From contig DAOVET010000032.1 of assembly GCA_030668825.1 (NCBI GenBank), positions 1 to 28,348 on the forward strand: a DNA stretch of 28,348 nucleotides, read 5' to 3'. This DNA comes from Candidatus Heimdallarchaeota archaeon. Its GTDB lineage: Archaea > Asgardarchaeota > Heimdallarchaeia > Heimdallarchaeales > Heimdallarchaeaceae. The notes under the pieces were generated by a model, which made no database searches, had not been told where the DNA came from, and saw only the letters and a program-made list of their open reading frames with translations. The position numbers and the translations under genes are program-made. Of this stretch, positions 27,275 through 28,348 are shown in pieces. Position 1 is the first letter of the stretch. Each line of letters opens with the position of its first letter.

Positions 27275-28297
27275 TTATCCAAAGGTAGGTTTCCCTTTGG
27301 AGCTATGACGAGTTCGTTTCTTTTTCTGTGTTTTATAATAGGGTGATTTATAGAGCAAAATGCCTCTTACTGTTGGTTTGAATAGCTTAATTAAGAATCT
27401 CCTAAAACTAATTTTCTTCTTGAATACTTTGATGAAATCTTCAAAAGAGTATCTTTGGAATCTGAGTATCTTCTGTGCTTTTGTTGTATCCATCCAATCA
27501 CAGTGATAATAGTCATCAATATTTTTTACAAGCTTAAATGCTTCTTCAGGTAACATCCCTATCCCCAAAGCTTCAAGCAGTTTTGAAACATATTCAGATT
27601 GGTATAATTGATTCCCCTCTCCACCTCCGATGAAAAGAATCTTTCCTGCAGTGTCAGCTTCAACAGCATTTGCGCAAGCTAACCCAACATCTCTAGTATC
27701 CGCGATCTCTATTCTTTGCTTTAACGGTATTTCAAACATTATATCAGGAATATTCCAGCCTAGTTCAAATGGTGTAATTGCAGCAAATCGTAAAATTGTC
27801 CAAGGGATTTTACTTATAATTATTTTCTTTTCCATCTCAACTTTATGTTTAGCATAATTATCATATTCCAGAGGATTTATTGGATCAGATATCCTTGTGG
27901 GAGGAATATGATCCATTCTGTTACCATGAACGGCGATAGAAGATGCGTAAATAAGTTTAGGGGGTGTTTCCATACTCTCTGCTGCACGTAATATGTTGGT
28001 TGCACCAGTTACATTAACATCATATGCTAAATCGGGTCTATCATATGCTAAAGGAGGTATGATTGCTGCTAGATGAATTATAACCTCAACATCTTTGACT
28101 AAATCATCTGTTACTTCCTGATTCCTAATATCTCCCCAGATAGTATCAAAATATCCAAACTTTTTCAACTTTTTTTTAATCTTTAGATTTCTAGGATTCT
28201 TTAAGTCAAAACATTTTACAAAATACCCTTTCTTAAGCAAAACCTCTAAGGTACTTTGTCCCACATTTCCAAATGCCCCAGTGAGTAAGACTCTCAT
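27275..28297 (-). CDS. NAD(P)-dependent epimerase/dehydratase (extended SDR)
   Basis: 'VLLTGAFGNVG' Rossmann motif, 'IIHLAAIIPP', 'YASSIAV', catalytic 'YAKHK'. Minus-strand TATATAA at 28326-28320 starts 29 nt before the ATG. Confidence 0.92.
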   Translation of the reverse strand: MRVLLTGAFGNVGQSTLEVLLKKGYFVKCFDLKNPRNLKIKKKLKKFGYFDTIWGDIRNQEVTDDLVKDVEVIIHLAAIIPPLAYDRPDLAYDVNVTGATNILRAAESMETPPKLIYASSIAVHGNRMDHIPPTRISDPINPLEYDNYAKHKVEMEKKIIISKIPWTILRFAAITPFELGWNIPDIMFEIPLKQRIEIADTRDVGLACANAVEADTAGKILFIGGGEGNQLYQSEYVSKLLEALGIGMLPEEAFKLVKNIDDYYHCDWMDTTKAQKILRFQRYSFEDFIKVFKKKISFRRFLIKLFKPTVRGILLYKSPYYKTQKKKRTRHSSKGKPTFG

Positions 28298-28348
28298 AAG
28301 CTAAATGGCACACCAACAGTTATATACAGTTCAGTGAAACGAATTTAT

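Overview
AT-rich, gene-dense chromosomal segment of an archaeon, most likely an Asgard (Heimdallarchaeia-like) lineage. This assignment is an inference from the type II Met aminopeptidase, DUF61, TATA boxes about 26-30 nt upstream of starts, GGTGA/GAGGT Shine-Dalgarno motifs, a CTERM-type surface protein and bacterial-type gap/rocD/dnaK-dnaJ. Recognisable content: the end of a sugar ABC operon, an 11-PAS sensor ending in a His-less HisKA-like hairpin, a CaCA exchanger, rocD, type I GAPDH, map, a creatinase-like M24 hydrolase, DUF61, dnaJ, dnaK and an extended SDR. Two unexplained elements stand out. (1) A tightly coupled minus-strand operon (12818-19827) encodes a STAND-like P-loop NTPase with an alpha-SNAP-like TPR tail, a 485-aa all-coiled-coil protein and a 1260-aa TrmB-like protein split by ~1000 aa of coiled coil; a divergent wHTH gene and a small Cys-rich gene flank it. 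(2) A ~50% GC, highly structured ~145-170 nt intergenic element (about 12117-12285, minus strand) has its own TATA box and is a candidate novel ncRNA. No rRNA, complete tRNA, CRISPR array or mobile element was seen.
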